32,000 nt of DNA from Candidatus Methanophagaceae archaeon (GTDB lineage Archaea; Halobacteriota; Syntropharchaeia; Alkanophagales; Methanospirareceae). The DNA is taken from positions 190,444-222,443 of the forward strand of contig PQXB01000001.1 of the NCBI GenBank assembly GCA_003194425.1. The letters run 5' to 3'. Under the pieces are notes generated by a model, which was given only the letters and a program-made list of their open reading frames with translations, was not told the DNA's origin and did not search any database. The translations under genes and the position numbers were made by a program. How positions within the stretch are numbered: position 1 is the stretch's first letter; the number at the start of each line of letters is the position of its first letter. Below, piece by piece: positions 6,985-16,096 of this stretch.

Positions 6985-7790
6985 AACACCGCCCTCTTGA
7001 ACTTCTCAAACTCCTCAAGCCCGTCTTTCTTGAGGTAGCGTCCCAGCCGCAGTTTAGTCTCGCAGTTCTTGTAGTAGTTGAGGACGCGGTCTGCGAGTTC
7101 AAGAGCCTCGTCGTCGCTCAAGTTCTCTGCCAAAACCTCTGCAATTCTGGGCGACGCACCCGCGGCACCGCCGACGACCACTCTCCAACCTCTCGGCATT
7201 CCGACAAAACCCAAATCCTTTATCCACGACTCCGCACAGCAGTTAGTGCAGCCAGAGACGCCGATTTTGAACTTTGACGGCAGTGCCATTCCGTGAAACC
7301 TCTTGTCAAGTTCCAGACCCAGCTTCACTGCGTCTTGCTTCCCGCGCTTGCAAAATGTCGTCCCTGGACAAAACTTTACGCTCCGCACACACAACCCGAT
7401 CGCGTAGCCGGGTGGCAGACCGAGGTCGTTCCACGCATTTTCAATCTCGCTCTCCGCGATTCCCACGATCGCAATTCTCTGCGCCGAGGTCAATTTCAAC
7501 GCCGCAGCTTTGTACTTCTCCGCGACTTCTGCTACCTTCCTCAGTGCGGAAGGCTCGCAAAGCCCGCCCGGAAAATGCGGTGCTATCGCGTAAGTCTCGT
7601 AGTCCCGCTGCACAATCGCTCCCTTCTCCAACAAGTCCCCCCTCTTCTCTTCTTCCTCTTCTTCCTTCTTCTCCTTCCTCTCCTCCTCTTCCTTTTTTTC
7701 TTCCTTCTCTTCTTCCTTCTTCTCCTCTTCCTTCTTCTCCTCTTCCTTCTCTTCTCCTTTCTTTTTTCCCTTCTCTTCTTCCTCTACCAT
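6981..7790 (-). CDS. Small nitrite/sulfite-reductase-like siroheme/[4Fe-4S] protein (low-molecular-weight aSiR-like) with an E/K-rich N-terminal tract
   Basis: 269 aa. The core contains the Cys clusters CPGTTFCKRG and GVSGCTNCCAES, typical of the NIR_SIR 4Fe-4S/siroheme site. The first 50 codons are almost pure E/K. The true start may instead be the TTG at 7634. Confidence 0.7.
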   Translation of the reverse strand: MVEEEEKGKKKGEEKEEEKKEEEKKEEEKEEKKEEEERKEKKEEEEEEKRGDLLEKGAIVQRDYETYAIAPHFPGGLCEPSALRKVAEVAEKYKAAALKLTSAQRIAIVGIAESEIENAWNDLGLPPGYAIGLCVRSVKFCPGTTFCKRGKQDAVKLGLELDKRFHGMALPSKFKIGVSGCTNCCAESWIKDLGFVGMPRGWRVVVGGAAGASPRIAEVLAENLSDDEALELADRVLNYYKNCETKLRLGRYLKKDGLEEFEKFKRAVL

Positions 7791-7794
7791 TTTT

Positions 7795-9018
7795 TCACTC
7801 CCCTTTTAAGATTTCCTTGTGCTTACTCACGATTTCCTCTGCTAACCTGTCCAAAGCGTTGAACGCCTCTTCGCCTGGAACTCCTTTGACAACAACAGGC
7901 TCCAGCAGTTCTACCTTTAAGTTGGGCAGCAGTCCCGTAACTTGCTCCACCATTCTGCCGCCCCAGCCGTAAGACCCGACGACAGACGCGAATCGCAGTT
8001 TTGGTCGCAGAGCGTTTGCGAGACAAGCTGCGTAAACGACTTTCGGGTGCGGTCCGACCAGAACAGTCGGAGACCCGATCACAACCGTAGCAGCGTCTAC
8101 CAAAGCCATCGCCAACTTCCCAATATCAGGTTCTGACAGATTAAACTGCTTTACTGTTACGCCCCGCTCAATCAAAGCCTCTGTAAAGTAATTTACCATT
8201 TTCTTCGTGCTGCCGTGCATTGAGATGAAGGGAATGACCACCTCGTTCTTCACCTCGTCAGAAGCCCAATCGCGGTAAGCGTTGAGGATGAAGTTCGGGT
8301 TGTTGTACGCGGGACCGTGACTCGGTGCGATTATTTCTATCGCCAACGCATTTATTTTCTGCAGATTTTTCCTGATTGTTGTCCGGAAAGGCATCATAAT
8401 CTCTGCGTAGTACCGCTTGGCTGCCTCGTAGACCGTCGCCGTCGCTGTCGCCTCGTCGGGTACAAACAGGTCGCTGGTTGCGAGATGTGAGCCGAGGAAA
8501 TCGCAGGTAAAAAGCACACGGTCTTCTCTTAAATAAGTCAGCATCGTCTCTGGCCAGTGCACCCACGGTGCGTGAATGAACTCCAGCGTTTTGTCGCCCA
8601 AAGACAGCGTCTCTCCGTCTGCCACTGTTATAAACTTTTCTCCAGGAATTAAGAGCAAATCAGTAAGCAAATCCTTGCATTTCGGCGTGCAGACTACCTT
8701 GGCGTTGGGGTAAATATCGAGTACCTGTGGCAGCGACCCTGAATGGTCCTGCTCGGCGTGATTGGCAACTACATAATTTATCCCCCCAGTCCCAAGTTCC
8801 CCTGTTCCAAGTTCTTGTTCTTCAAGATTTCTTACCAACACCTCCGTCATAGTAGGGTCAACCGTGTCAATCAAAGCCGTCTTTTCGCTTCCTTTCACCA
8901 AATAAGCGTTGTAACTCGTTCCGTCGGGTAGCGGAATTAGTTCGTCAAATAACCTCCTGTCCCAGTCAACTGCGCCCACCGAATAAATGCTCGGTTTCAG
9001 TTCTCTTTGAAAACTCAT
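7795..9018 (-). CDS. fprA: Flavodiiron protein (FprA; rubredoxin:oxygen / F420H2 oxidase type)
   Basis: 407 aa. It has a metallo-beta-lactamase-like domain with the di-iron motif HAEQDHSG and a C-terminal flavodoxin-like domain. Confidence 0.9.
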   Translation of the reverse strand: MSFQRELKPSIYSVGAVDWDRRLFDELIPLPDGTSYNAYLVKGSEKTALIDTVDPTMTEVLVRNLEEQELGTGELGTGGINYVVANHAEQDHSGSLPQVLDIYPNAKVVCTPKCKDLLTDLLLIPGEKFITVADGETLSLGDKTLEFIHAPWVHWPETMLTYLREDRVLFTCDFLGSHLATSDLFVPDEATATATVYEAAKRYYAEIMMPFRTTIRKNLQKINALAIEIIAPSHGPAYNNPNFILNAYRDWASDEVKNEVVIPFISMHGSTKKMVNYFTEALIERGVTVKQFNLSEPDIGKLAMALVDAATVVIGSPTVLVGPHPKVVYAACLANALRPKLRFASVVGSYGWGGRMVEQVTGLLPNLKVELLEPVVVKGVPGEEAFNALDRLAEEIVSKHKEILKGE

Positions 9019-9156
9019 TTAAACCTCCTCCTCAAACGCTTCTTTGCCTACACCGCAAGCGGGGCACACCCAGTCGTCAGGTAAATCTGCAAATGCCGTT
9101 CCGCTCTCTTCTTCGTCGTAAATATATTCACAGACGGTGCATTTCCATTTTGCCAT
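9019..9156 (-). CDS. Rubredoxin (45 aa)
   Basis: Absent from the ORF track because it is under 60 aa. Manual translation gives [45 protein letters not shown], with two CxxC knuckles and the DDWxCPxCG signature. Its stop abuts the fprA ATG (9018). Confidence 0.85.
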   Translation of the reverse strand: MAKWKCTVCEYIYDEEESGTAFADLPDDWVCPACGVGKEAFEEEV

Positions 9157-9194
9157 TTTTCATTTCCCCCCTTTATTGCCTTCTCTTTATTTCT

Positions 9195-9638
9195 TTATTT
9201 TATCCGCTCCGCAATTTTCTTGCCGAACTCTCGGCATTCTTCCAAGCCCTTTTCTGTGGGTCTGCGTTTTATTCTCAGTCCCGGCTCTATCACTTCCATC
9301 CCAGCGAGGTTCTTCATCGTCTCAGTCAGTATTTCAATGGATTCGCCGCTCCAGCCGTAAGATCCAAATGCCGCCCCTACTTTGCCTTTCAAGTCCGCTT
9401 TATCCATCTCAAAAAGGAAAGTTTTCACCGCTGCGATTAGATTGCGAACATAAGTCGGAGAGCCGAGAACCACAGCGTCCTCTTCTTTGAGGTCGTCCGC
9501 ATTTGCACGTGCTGCTTTTTTCACTCCGACTTCAACACCCGCCTCTTTCAGTCCCGTCTCGATTGCTCTTGCCATCAATTCCGTATTCCCCGAGCGGGTT
9601 TCGTAAATTACCACTGCTTTTGCCATTTTTTGCAGCAC
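9195..9638 (-). CDS. Short-chain flavodoxin
   Basis: 147 aa (143 aa if the start is MAKAVV at 9626). It has the YETRSGNTE FMN-phosphate loop and GSPTY and GSYGWSGE motifs. Confidence 0.8.
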   Translation of the reverse strand: MLQKMAKAVVIYETRSGNTELMARAIETGLKEAGVEVGVKKAARANADDLKEEDAVVLGSPTYVRNLIAAVKTFLFEMDKADLKGKVGAAFGSYGWSGESIEILTETMKNLAGMEVIEPGLRIKRRPTEKGLEECREFGKKIAERIK

Positions 9639-9664
9639 CCATTTTAGTTTTCACTCTTTAGTTT

Positions 9665-9916
9665 TCACTCACCTACGAGTGGCATCTTACATTTGGGGCA
9701 CTTCATCGAACGGCAGGGCAGACCACGCTTCTTCGGCGCCTCGTACCCGCACTGAGGGCAGACGCATTTCGTGGGCGCTCTTCCCATTCGCCCAAGACCT
9801 TGCCTGGGTCCTCCAACGCCTTGTCCCCTTCCTAAACCTCTTCCCTGCCCTCTCACGCCTTCCTGTCCTCCTTGTCCTTCTCCTCTCTCTCCACTTCTTC
9901 CTCTTCCAAATCCCAT
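9665..9916 (-). CDS. Gly/Arg-rich small protein with a C-terminal zinc ribbon
   Basis: 83 aa. The N-terminus has GRG/GQG repeats, followed by CVCPQCG...(14 aa)...KCPKCK. The short form MGRAPTKCVCPQCG... (40 aa) is an alternative start. It is vaguely reminiscent of the small GRG-rich DUF5320-type proteins of anaerobes. Confidence 0.5.
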   Translation of the reverse strand: MGFGRGRSGERGEGQGGQEGVRGQGRGLGRGQGVGGPRQGLGRMGRAPTKCVCPQCGYEAPKKRGLPCRSMKCPKCKMPLVGE

Positions 9917-9990
9917 TTTCGTTTTCTCCTTTTTTATTTACCCTTCTTCCTTTACTTCTTTTATCTTTCCTTATTTACTTCTTTTTCTCC

Positions 9991-10515
9991 TCAGCCACCG
10001 CGGGGTGCAGGAGGCGTAAAGACCCGTGCCGCCAGCTCTTTGTCGAGCATTAGCAAGCCGTTTCCACCCCCCTCGCCCTCGCCAACGAGTTTCAATTTTG
10101 AAATTATTTCGTTGTCGTTGCCTTCCTCCTCGATCTGCTCGGTAACGAACCACTGCAGGAAAATGTTCGTGGCGTGGTCTTTCTCAGCGATCGCGAGGTC
10201 AACGAGCTCGTTAATGCTCCTCGTGATGAACCTCTCGTGCTCCAGCGTCTTCTCAAACATCTCCTGCGGCGACTCAAATTCCGTCGGCGGCTGCTCAATC
10301 GCCGCCAACTTTACCTGCCCGCCCTGGTCGTTAATGTAGTCGTAGATTTTCATCGCGTGCGTCTGCTCTTCCTGGTACTGCACCAAGAACCAGTTTGCGA
10401 ACCCCTTCAGTCCGATCCGCGTGCTGTGCGCGGACATTGCCAAATACAAATACGCCGAGTACAACTCCTTGTTGAGTTGGCTGTTCAGCGCTTCCAGCAT
10501 CTTTTCGCTCAACAT
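9991..10515 (-). CDS. ftn: Ferritin
   Basis: 174 aa. LNKELYSAYLYLAMSAH...QEEQTHAMK...LEHE...FLQWFVTEQIEEE shows the ferroxidase-centre E/H ligand pattern of non-haem ferritins. Confidence 0.85.
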   Translation of the reverse strand: MLSEKMLEALNSQLNKELYSAYLYLAMSAHSTRIGLKGFANWFLVQYQEEQTHAMKIYDYINDQGGQVKLAAIEQPPTEFESPQEMFEKTLEHERFITRSINELVDLAIAEKDHATNIFLQWFVTEQIEEEGNDNEIISKLKLVGEGEGGGNGLLMLDKELAARVFTPPAPRGG

Positions 10516-10540
10516 TTTATCTCCCTTTCTCTCCCTCTCC

Positions 10541-11200
10541 TTACTCTCCCTCCCCTTTCTCTCCCTCTAATTTTTTGTGGCAGAACCACCAGTCGAAGCA
10601 CTCGTACTGCTTCACCCGTTCCTTCGCGGTCTGCTCGTCTAACGCCGGCGGAATTACAACTTCGCTGCCGATCAAGTCGTTCTTTGGCCAATTTGCAGGT
10701 GTTGCGACGCCGTTCTCGTCGACGGTCTGAAGCCCTCGGACCATTCGCAGTATTTCGTCAATGTTCCTGCCAAGTTCCTGCGGGTAGTAAATCATCGCTC
10801 TCAGGATTCCCCGCGGGTCAACCGCAAAAACCGCCCGAACCGTGTTCGTGCCTTTGTTTGGGTGAATGAGTCCCAGCAGCTTTGCAACCCGACCGGTGTC
10901 GTCTGCGATTATCGGAAACTTTATCTCCACGCCCAGGCTCTCTTTTATCCACTCCACCCATTTTATGTGGCTAAACACTTGATCAATGCTCAAACCCACA
11001 AGCTCGCAGCCAAGTTTCTCAAACTCCTCGAACCGGTTTTGAAACGCCACGAACTCGGTCGTGCAGACCGGTGTAAAGTCCCCTGGATGGCTGAACAGGA
11101 CGAACCACTTGCCCTTAGCCTTAAACTCTTCTGGCAGCCTCTTCCTTCCGTGAGTCGTCTGCACTTCAATCTCCGGGAATTCCTCCCCAATCAACGGCAT
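10541..11200 (-). CDS. Peroxiredoxin (Prx6-like, archaeal type)
   Basis: The track ORF is 10541..11236. I prefer the start at [10 protein letters not shown] (11200). It has the active site [14 protein letters not shown] and C-terminal CFDWWFC. Confidence 0.9.
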   Translation of the reverse strand: MPLIGEEFPEIEVQTTHGRKRLPEEFKAKGKWFVLFSHPGDFTPVCTTEFVAFQNRFEEFEKLGCELVGLSIDQVFSHIKWVEWIKESLGVEIKFPIIADDTGRVAKLLGLIHPNKGTNTVRAVFAVDPRGILRAMIYYPQELGRNIDEILRMVRGLQTVDENGVATPANWPKNDLIGSEVVIPPALDEQTAKERVKQYECFDWWFCHKKLEGEKGEGE

Positions 11201-11253
11201 TCTCCCCTCCCCTTCTTCTTCCATTTTCCGTCTCATTTTTTGCTCCTTCCTTT

Positions 11254-11610
11254 TTATTCAAGCTCTACACAATTTTCCCACAAACCGTGAACGTTGCAGT
11301 AAGCGAGCGCACAGAACGCTTTAAACTCTGCCACGGGGACTTGAAACCTCGCGTTTGGGTTGGTGTAACCCGCACCGAATACGGCTCGCCCGAGAGAGAC
11401 CACCTGCTCCTCTACCTCTTTCTTAACGCCGAAGAGTTCTACCCAAGCGATGTGGTGCTCTGCGGTGTTGGGGTGCGGCACCTCCTTGCCCACAACCACT
11501 CGCACAACTTCCACACCTTCTCTCCCTCTCCCCTTTCCTACTTCAATCTGCGGGACGTGCTTCTCCTTACCCTCCGCTTCTACACCCTTCAACAAATCTC
11601 CAAAATTCAT
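11254..11610 (-). CDS. sor: Superoxide reductase (1Fe-SOR / neelaredoxin)
   Basis: 118 aa with [20 protein letters not shown] and YCNVHGLWE, the SOR iron-ligand motifs. Confidence 0.85.
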   Translation of the reverse strand: MNFGDLLKGVEAEGKEKHVPQIEVGKGRGREGVEVVRVVVGKEVPHPNTAEHHIAWVELFGVKKEVEEQVVSLGRAVFGAGYTNPNARFQVPVAEFKAFCALAYCNVHGLWENCVELE

Positions 11611-12066
11611 TCTCTCACTTCCTCCTCTTTTTTACCCTTTTACTCAACATCCTCTCTCCCCTTCAAAATCCTTCCACCCTTCATTCTCCTTTCAGGATTA
11701 ATTATTTTTTTCTTTGTTTGGATTTTATTCTTTGTTTGGATTGTTGAATAAAATAAAACAAGTGATTTTATGATAAAAAGAGATAGGAAGGGAAGGATTA
11801 TAAAGGAAGGCATGGTCAAGAGGTTCGTGAAGTTTTTTTTGATTTTTGTCTACAGAGATTAGAAATGAGGTGGGTTGCAGAGTCCACGGTGAGTTTGTGA
11901 GAGCAACCAATTGTGAGAACAACTAAGTTTGAGAATATTGTTAAAGAAGTTGTGCTGAACTGCCTTGTTCAGATTTTGATTGATTATAAAACTATGCTGA
12001 GTTGTTAATTATTAGACAAACCAATTCAATTAAAAAAACAAACCAAAGGAAGGAGAAATAAAAAAA

Positions 12067-12876
12067 ATGTTTGAAGCCAAGATAGATTTGGGCGTGCTGC
12101 GGGGCTGCATAGAAGCGATTACAGCAGTAGCGGACGAGGGACGGTTGAGAATAACGGAGGACGGGTTGAAACTGCGGTCGGTGGATCCTGCGAATGTGGC
12201 GATGGTCTCGTTTGAGCTGCAGAGCGACGCTTTTGACGATTTTTCGCTTGAGCTTGCAGGTGCGGTGGAGACAGAGAAAGAGGGGAAGGGAGAAGAAGGA
12301 AAAGAGACGAGCATCGGAATGGATTTTGTGAAGTTGCTTGGGATTCTTGGAATAGGCGGCAGAGGAGGGGAGGAGATTGAGTTGAAATTGGACGAGAAGG
12401 GGCAGAAACTGTTCACGAGGATGGGCAGTCTCGCCTACACGATTTCGTTGCTCGCTTCTGATTCGCTGCGTAAGGACCCGAAGGTGCCGGAGCTTGAGTT
12501 TCCAGCGCAGGTAATTCTGGAGATTGAGGATTTTAAGCGGGGGATTCGTGCTGCCGAGAAAATCGCCGAGAATATCGTTCTTGGAGTGGACGGCGAGAGC
12601 GAGGAGTTTTTTATGGAGGCGGAAGGCGAGATGGACAAACTGCGGCTGGGCTTGAGGAAGGAGCAGTTAATTTATTTAACGCCGCCCGCGGAGAAGGTTC
12701 GTTCGTTGTACTCGCTGGACTACCTCTCGGCGATGAGCAGGGGGATTTCTGCCTGCCACGCGGAGCAATTAACACTCAATCTGGGCAAGGACTACCCGCT
12801 GCAGATTGATTTTGAGGTGGCAGACGGCAGGGGAAAGGTCAGTTACTTGGTGGCGCCGAGAATAGAGTCGGAATAG
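12067..12876 (+). CDS. pcn: DNA polymerase sliding clamp PCNA
   Basis: 269 aa. MFEAKI...GLKLRSVDPANVAMVSFEL...SLYSLDYLSAMSRG...YLVAPRIESE is the typical archaeal PCNA pattern. A strong SD (AGGAAGGAG) lies upstream. Confidence 0.9.
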   Translation: MFEAKIDLGVLRGCIEAITAVADEGRLRITEDGLKLRSVDPANVAMVSFELQSDAFDDFSLELAGAVETEKEGKGEEGKETSIGMDFVKLLGILGIGGRGGEEIELKLDEKGQKLFTRMGSLAYTISLLASDSLRKDPKVPELEFPAQVILEIEDFKRGIRAAEKIAENIVLGVDGESEEFFMEAEGEMDKLRLGLRKEQLIYLTPPAEKVRSLYSLDYLSAMSRGISACHAEQLTLNLGKDYPLQIDFEVADGRGKVSYLVAPRIESE

Positions 12877-12904
12877 TTTAGTCAGGTTGGTAAGGGCGGG
12901 ACAA

Positions 12905-14635
12905 ATGTTGGTCCGTAACTGCGACTACCGAGTGGCGTTGGCGCAGATAAACGCGACCGTAGGGGATGTAGAAGGCAACGCCGAGAAGGTGATTGGGTGC
13001 GTCAAGAAAGCGAAGTGGGCGGGGGCGGATTTGGTGGTCTTCCCTGAATTGACGACCACAGGCTACCCACCGAAAGACCTCCTGCTAAAACCCTCTTTCA
13101 TTTCCGCGAACAAGGAAGGTCTAAAAAAAATCGTGCGTGCAACGAGCGGGAGCGGAATTGCGGTTGTCGTCGGCTTTGTTGACGGGGTTGCTGACGCTGA
13201 CCTTGACGCTGACCAAGGGGAGAACTACAACGCAGCCGCTCTTATTCGGAACGGGCGAGTGGTGGGCGTGCAACGTAAGACGCACCTGCCGAACTACGAT
13301 GTCTTTGACGAGAAAAGATATTTCAAGCCCGCAACAGCAACAGAGACGAGCGTCTTTGAACTGGAGGGGGAGGAGGGAGGAAGGGAGGGGCTCAGGGAGG
13401 GGCTCAGGGAGGGGCTCAAGCTGGGAATAAACATCTGCGAGGACATTTGGGCGGGGAACGGCCCCACGACAGCACAAGCGAGGCTCGGGGCTGACCTCGT
13501 CGTAAACCTCTCAGCGTCACCGTTTTACGCAGGCAAAAGCAGGACGAGGCGGGAACTAATTTCGAAAAGAGCACGGGAGAACAGGATTCCAATCGCGTGT
13601 GTCAATTTAGTCGGCGGTCAGGACGACCTTGTCTTTGACGGCGGGAGTTGCGTCTTTAACGCAGCGGGCTCTCTAATCGCAGAGTGCAGGCAGTTTGAGG
13701 AAGATCTCGTGGTCGCAAATTTGGAGGGGGGAGGAAAAATAAAAATTCCAGAGAAGGAAGACCCGGTTAGAGAGATTTTCGGTGCTTTGGTGTTAGGAAT
13801 TCGGGACTACGTGCGAAAGAACGGGTTTGAGAAGGTCGTCGTTGGGCTGAGCGGCGGCGTGGACTCGGCGCTCTGTGCTGCTCTGGCAGTAGAGGCGTTG
13901 GGTGCGGAAAATGTCGTCGGCGTCTCGATGCCAAGTGCAGTCACCTCGCAAGCCAGCAAAGAAGACGCCGTGCGGCTGGCTGCGAACCTCGGAATAGAAC
14001 TCAAGGTCGTTCCGATTGTTCCTGCGGTTGACGCTTACACTGAAATGCTCTCTGCGGAATTCAGCCGAGAGCCAGAGACAGAGCCAGAGACAGAGCCAGA
14101 GACAGAGCCAGAGTCAGAGCCAGACGCGACAGAAGAGAACATTCAGGCGCGGATTCGCGGGAATGTCTTGATGGCACTCTCAAACAAGTTCGGCTACCTC
14201 GTGCTCTCAACAGGGAACAAGTCCGAGTTGGCGGTCGGCTACTGCACTCTGTACGGCGACCTGGCGGGCGGGCTGGCGGTGCTCTCGGATGTCTCGAAGA
14301 CGACCGTCTACAAACTCGCAAAATACACTAAAGTCATTCCAGAGGAGATTTTAATAAAACCGCCTTCTGCAGAGCTGCGGGCGGGGCAGAAGGACACGGA
14401 CTCGCTCCCGCCTTACGAGGTGCTTGACCCGATTTTGCAGGCTTACATCGAGGAGAACAAGAGCAGAGAGGAAATAATTGCGCGGGGTTTTGACGCAAGC
14501 GTGGTGAGCGAAGTCGCCTGGAAGGTGGACCGCAACGAGTACAAGCGGCAGCAAGCCCCGGTGGGCATAAAAATAACGTCAAAAGCTTTTGGCTCTGGCA
14601 GGCGAATGCCGATTACAAACCGATACAACGACTGA
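12905..14635 (+). CDS. nadE: Glutamine-dependent NAD+ synthetase (nitrilase domain + NAD synthetase domain)
   Basis: The track ORF starts at a TTG at 12887. I prefer the ATG at 12905. It has the CN-hydrolase catalytic region NICEDIW, the PP-loop GLSGGVDSAL and GNKSELAVGYCTLYGD. Confidence 0.9.
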   Translation: MLVRNCDYRVALAQINATVGDVEGNAEKVIGCVKKAKWAGADLVVFPELTTTGYPPKDLLLKPSFISANKEGLKKIVRATSGSGIAVVVGFVDGVADADLDADQGENYNAAALIRNGRVVGVQRKTHLPNYDVFDEKRYFKPATATETSVFELEGEEGGREGLREGLREGLKLGINICEDIWAGNGPTTAQARLGADLVVNLSASPFYAGKSRTRRELISKRARENRIPIACVNLVGGQDDLVFDGGSCVFNAAGSLIAECRQFEEDLVVANLEGGGKIKIPEKEDPVREIFGALVLGIRDYVRKNGFEKVVVGLSGGVDSALCAALAVEALGAENVVGVSMPSAVTSQASKEDAVRLAANLGIELKVVPIVPAVDAYTEMLSAEFSREPETEPETEPETEPESEPDATEENIQARIRGNVLMALSNKFGYLVLSTGNKSELAVGYCTLYGDLAGGLAVLSDVSKTTVYKLAKYTKVIPEEILIKPPSAELRAGQKDTDSLPPYEVLDPILQAYIEENKSREEIIARGFDASVVSEVAWKVDRNEYKRQQAPVGIKITSKAFGSGRRMPITNRYND

Positions 14636-14725
14636 AACATTTTTCATATTTTTTATGAATTTAGAAATAAAATATAGAAAGGATTGTTTTAATTTAACAG
14701 CAAGTAGGTAGAGGTAGCAAAATCA

Positions 14726-16096
14726 ATGCGAGGAACGAAAATGCAACGACAAAAAACAAGGACGAAGGAAGCAGTGTTTGAAGCGGTGGAGAAGCAAAAT
14801 GTGAGGTTCATTCGGCTGTGGTTCACGGACATTTTGGGGCAGTTGAAGAGTTTTGCAATCACGCCGAAGGAGTTGGAGGGTGCGTTTGACGAAGGGATGG
14901 GTTTTGACGGGTCTTCGATAAAGGGGTTTGCGAGGATTGACGAGAGCGACATGCTTGCGAGACCCGACCCTGCGACTTTCCGGATTGTGCCGTGGCGACC
15001 GAAGGAGATCGCGGTTGCGAGGATGTTCTGCGATATTTTACAGCCCGACGGCAGTCCTTACGAGGGCGACCCGCGGTTCGTGCTGAAGCGAAATTTGGAG
15101 CGGTTGCGAGAGGGAGGCTACTCTTTTTTTGTCGGTCCGGAGCTGGAGTATTTTTACCTGCGGGACAACAAGAGCAAGAACCCGGAGGGGTTGGACGAGG
15201 GTGGGTATTTTGATTTAACGACGCTGGACGCGGGGAGCGACTTGCGGCGGGACACGATTCTGACGCTCGAGGAGTTGGGAATTGATGTGGAGTACAGCCA
15301 CCACGAGGTCGCACCGTCGCAGCACGAGATTGACCTTCGCTACAAGGACGCGCTGACGATGGCGGACCAGGTGATGACTTATCGGATTGTAGTGAAGGAG
15401 ATTGCGCAGCGGCACGGCTGCTACGCCACTTTTATGCCGAAGCCGATTTTCGGCGTGAACGGCTCGGGAATGCACGTGCATCAGTCGTTGTTCAAGGGCG
15501 AGAAGAACGCGTTCTTCGACTTGGACGCGGAGTACCAACTCTCAGAGCTGGGCAGGGGCTACATCGCGGGACTGCTTCGGCACGCACCCGAAATCACTTC
15601 GGTCACTAACCAGTGGGTGAATTCGTACAAAAGGCTGGTTGCGGGCTACGAGGCGCCGGTCTACATTTTGTGGGGGCGGCGTAACCGCTCTACGCTCGTC
15701 CGCGTGCCGATGTACAAGCCGGGGAAGGAGAAAGCGACACGAGTGGAATACCGCAGCCCTGACCCTGCGTGCAACCCGTACTTAGCGTTCTCGGTGATGC
15801 TCGCTGCGGGGCTGGCGGGGGTGAAGAACAAGGAGAAGGACGAGTACGAATTGCCGCCGCCGACCGAGAAGGATGTTTATTTGATGACTGGGTCGGAGAA
15901 GGAGCGGGAGGGGATAAAATCGCTGCCTGGGAGTTTGATTGAGGCGGTTGCACTGACCGAGGAGAGTGAGCTGGTGCGGGAGGCTCTCGGAGAGCACGTC
16001 TTCGAGAATTTCATCACCTCAAAGAAAGTCGAGTGGGACAGGTACCGCGTCGCTGTGACGGAGTGGGAGTTGAAGGAGTATTTGGGGGTGCTGTGA
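14726..16096 (+). CDS. glnA: Glutamine synthetase type I
   Basis: 456 aa with FIRLWFTDILGQLKSF, GPELEYF, NGSGMHVHQS and RVEYRSPDPACNPYLA. An alternative ATG lies at 14738. Confidence 0.9.
   Translation: MRGTKMQRQKTRTKEAVFEAVEKQNVRFIRLWFTDILGQLKSFAITPKELEGAFDEGMGFDGSSIKGFARIDESDMLARPDPATFRIVPWRPKEIAVARMFCDILQPDGSPYEGDPRFVLKRNLERLREGGYSFFVGPELEYFYLRDNKSKNPEGLDEGGYFDLTTLDAGSDLRRDTILTLEELGIDVEYSHHEVAPSQHEIDLRYKDALTMADQVMTYRIVVKEIAQRHGCYATFMPKPIFGVNGSGMHVHQSLFKGEKNAFFDLDAEYQLSELGRGYIAGLLRHAPEITSVTNQWVNSYKRLVAGYEAPVYILWGRRNRSTLVRVPMYKPGKEKATRVEYRSPDPACNPYLAFSVMLAAGLAGVKNKEKDEYELPPPTEKDVYLMTGSEKEREGIKSLPGSLIEAVALTEESELVREALGEHVFENFITSKKVEWDRYRVAVTEWELKEYLGVL

Noticed and set aside
7274-7972. Long antisense ORFs across the stress cluster and the rio1 region. 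Examples are 7274..7972 +, 7293..7862 +, 10174..10869 +, 25151..25834 - and 25288..26013 -.
   Set aside because: They lie opposite strongly supported conserved genes. They are S/P/L/R-rich low-complexity translations of purine-rich coding strands, where the complement carries few stop codons, and they show no domain signatures.
11611-12066. A replication origin next to the PCNA gene
   Set aside because: The spacer is AT-rich with short repeats, but no orc1/cdc6 gene is adjacent. I could not find ORB-like long inverted repeat pairs flanking an unwinding element.
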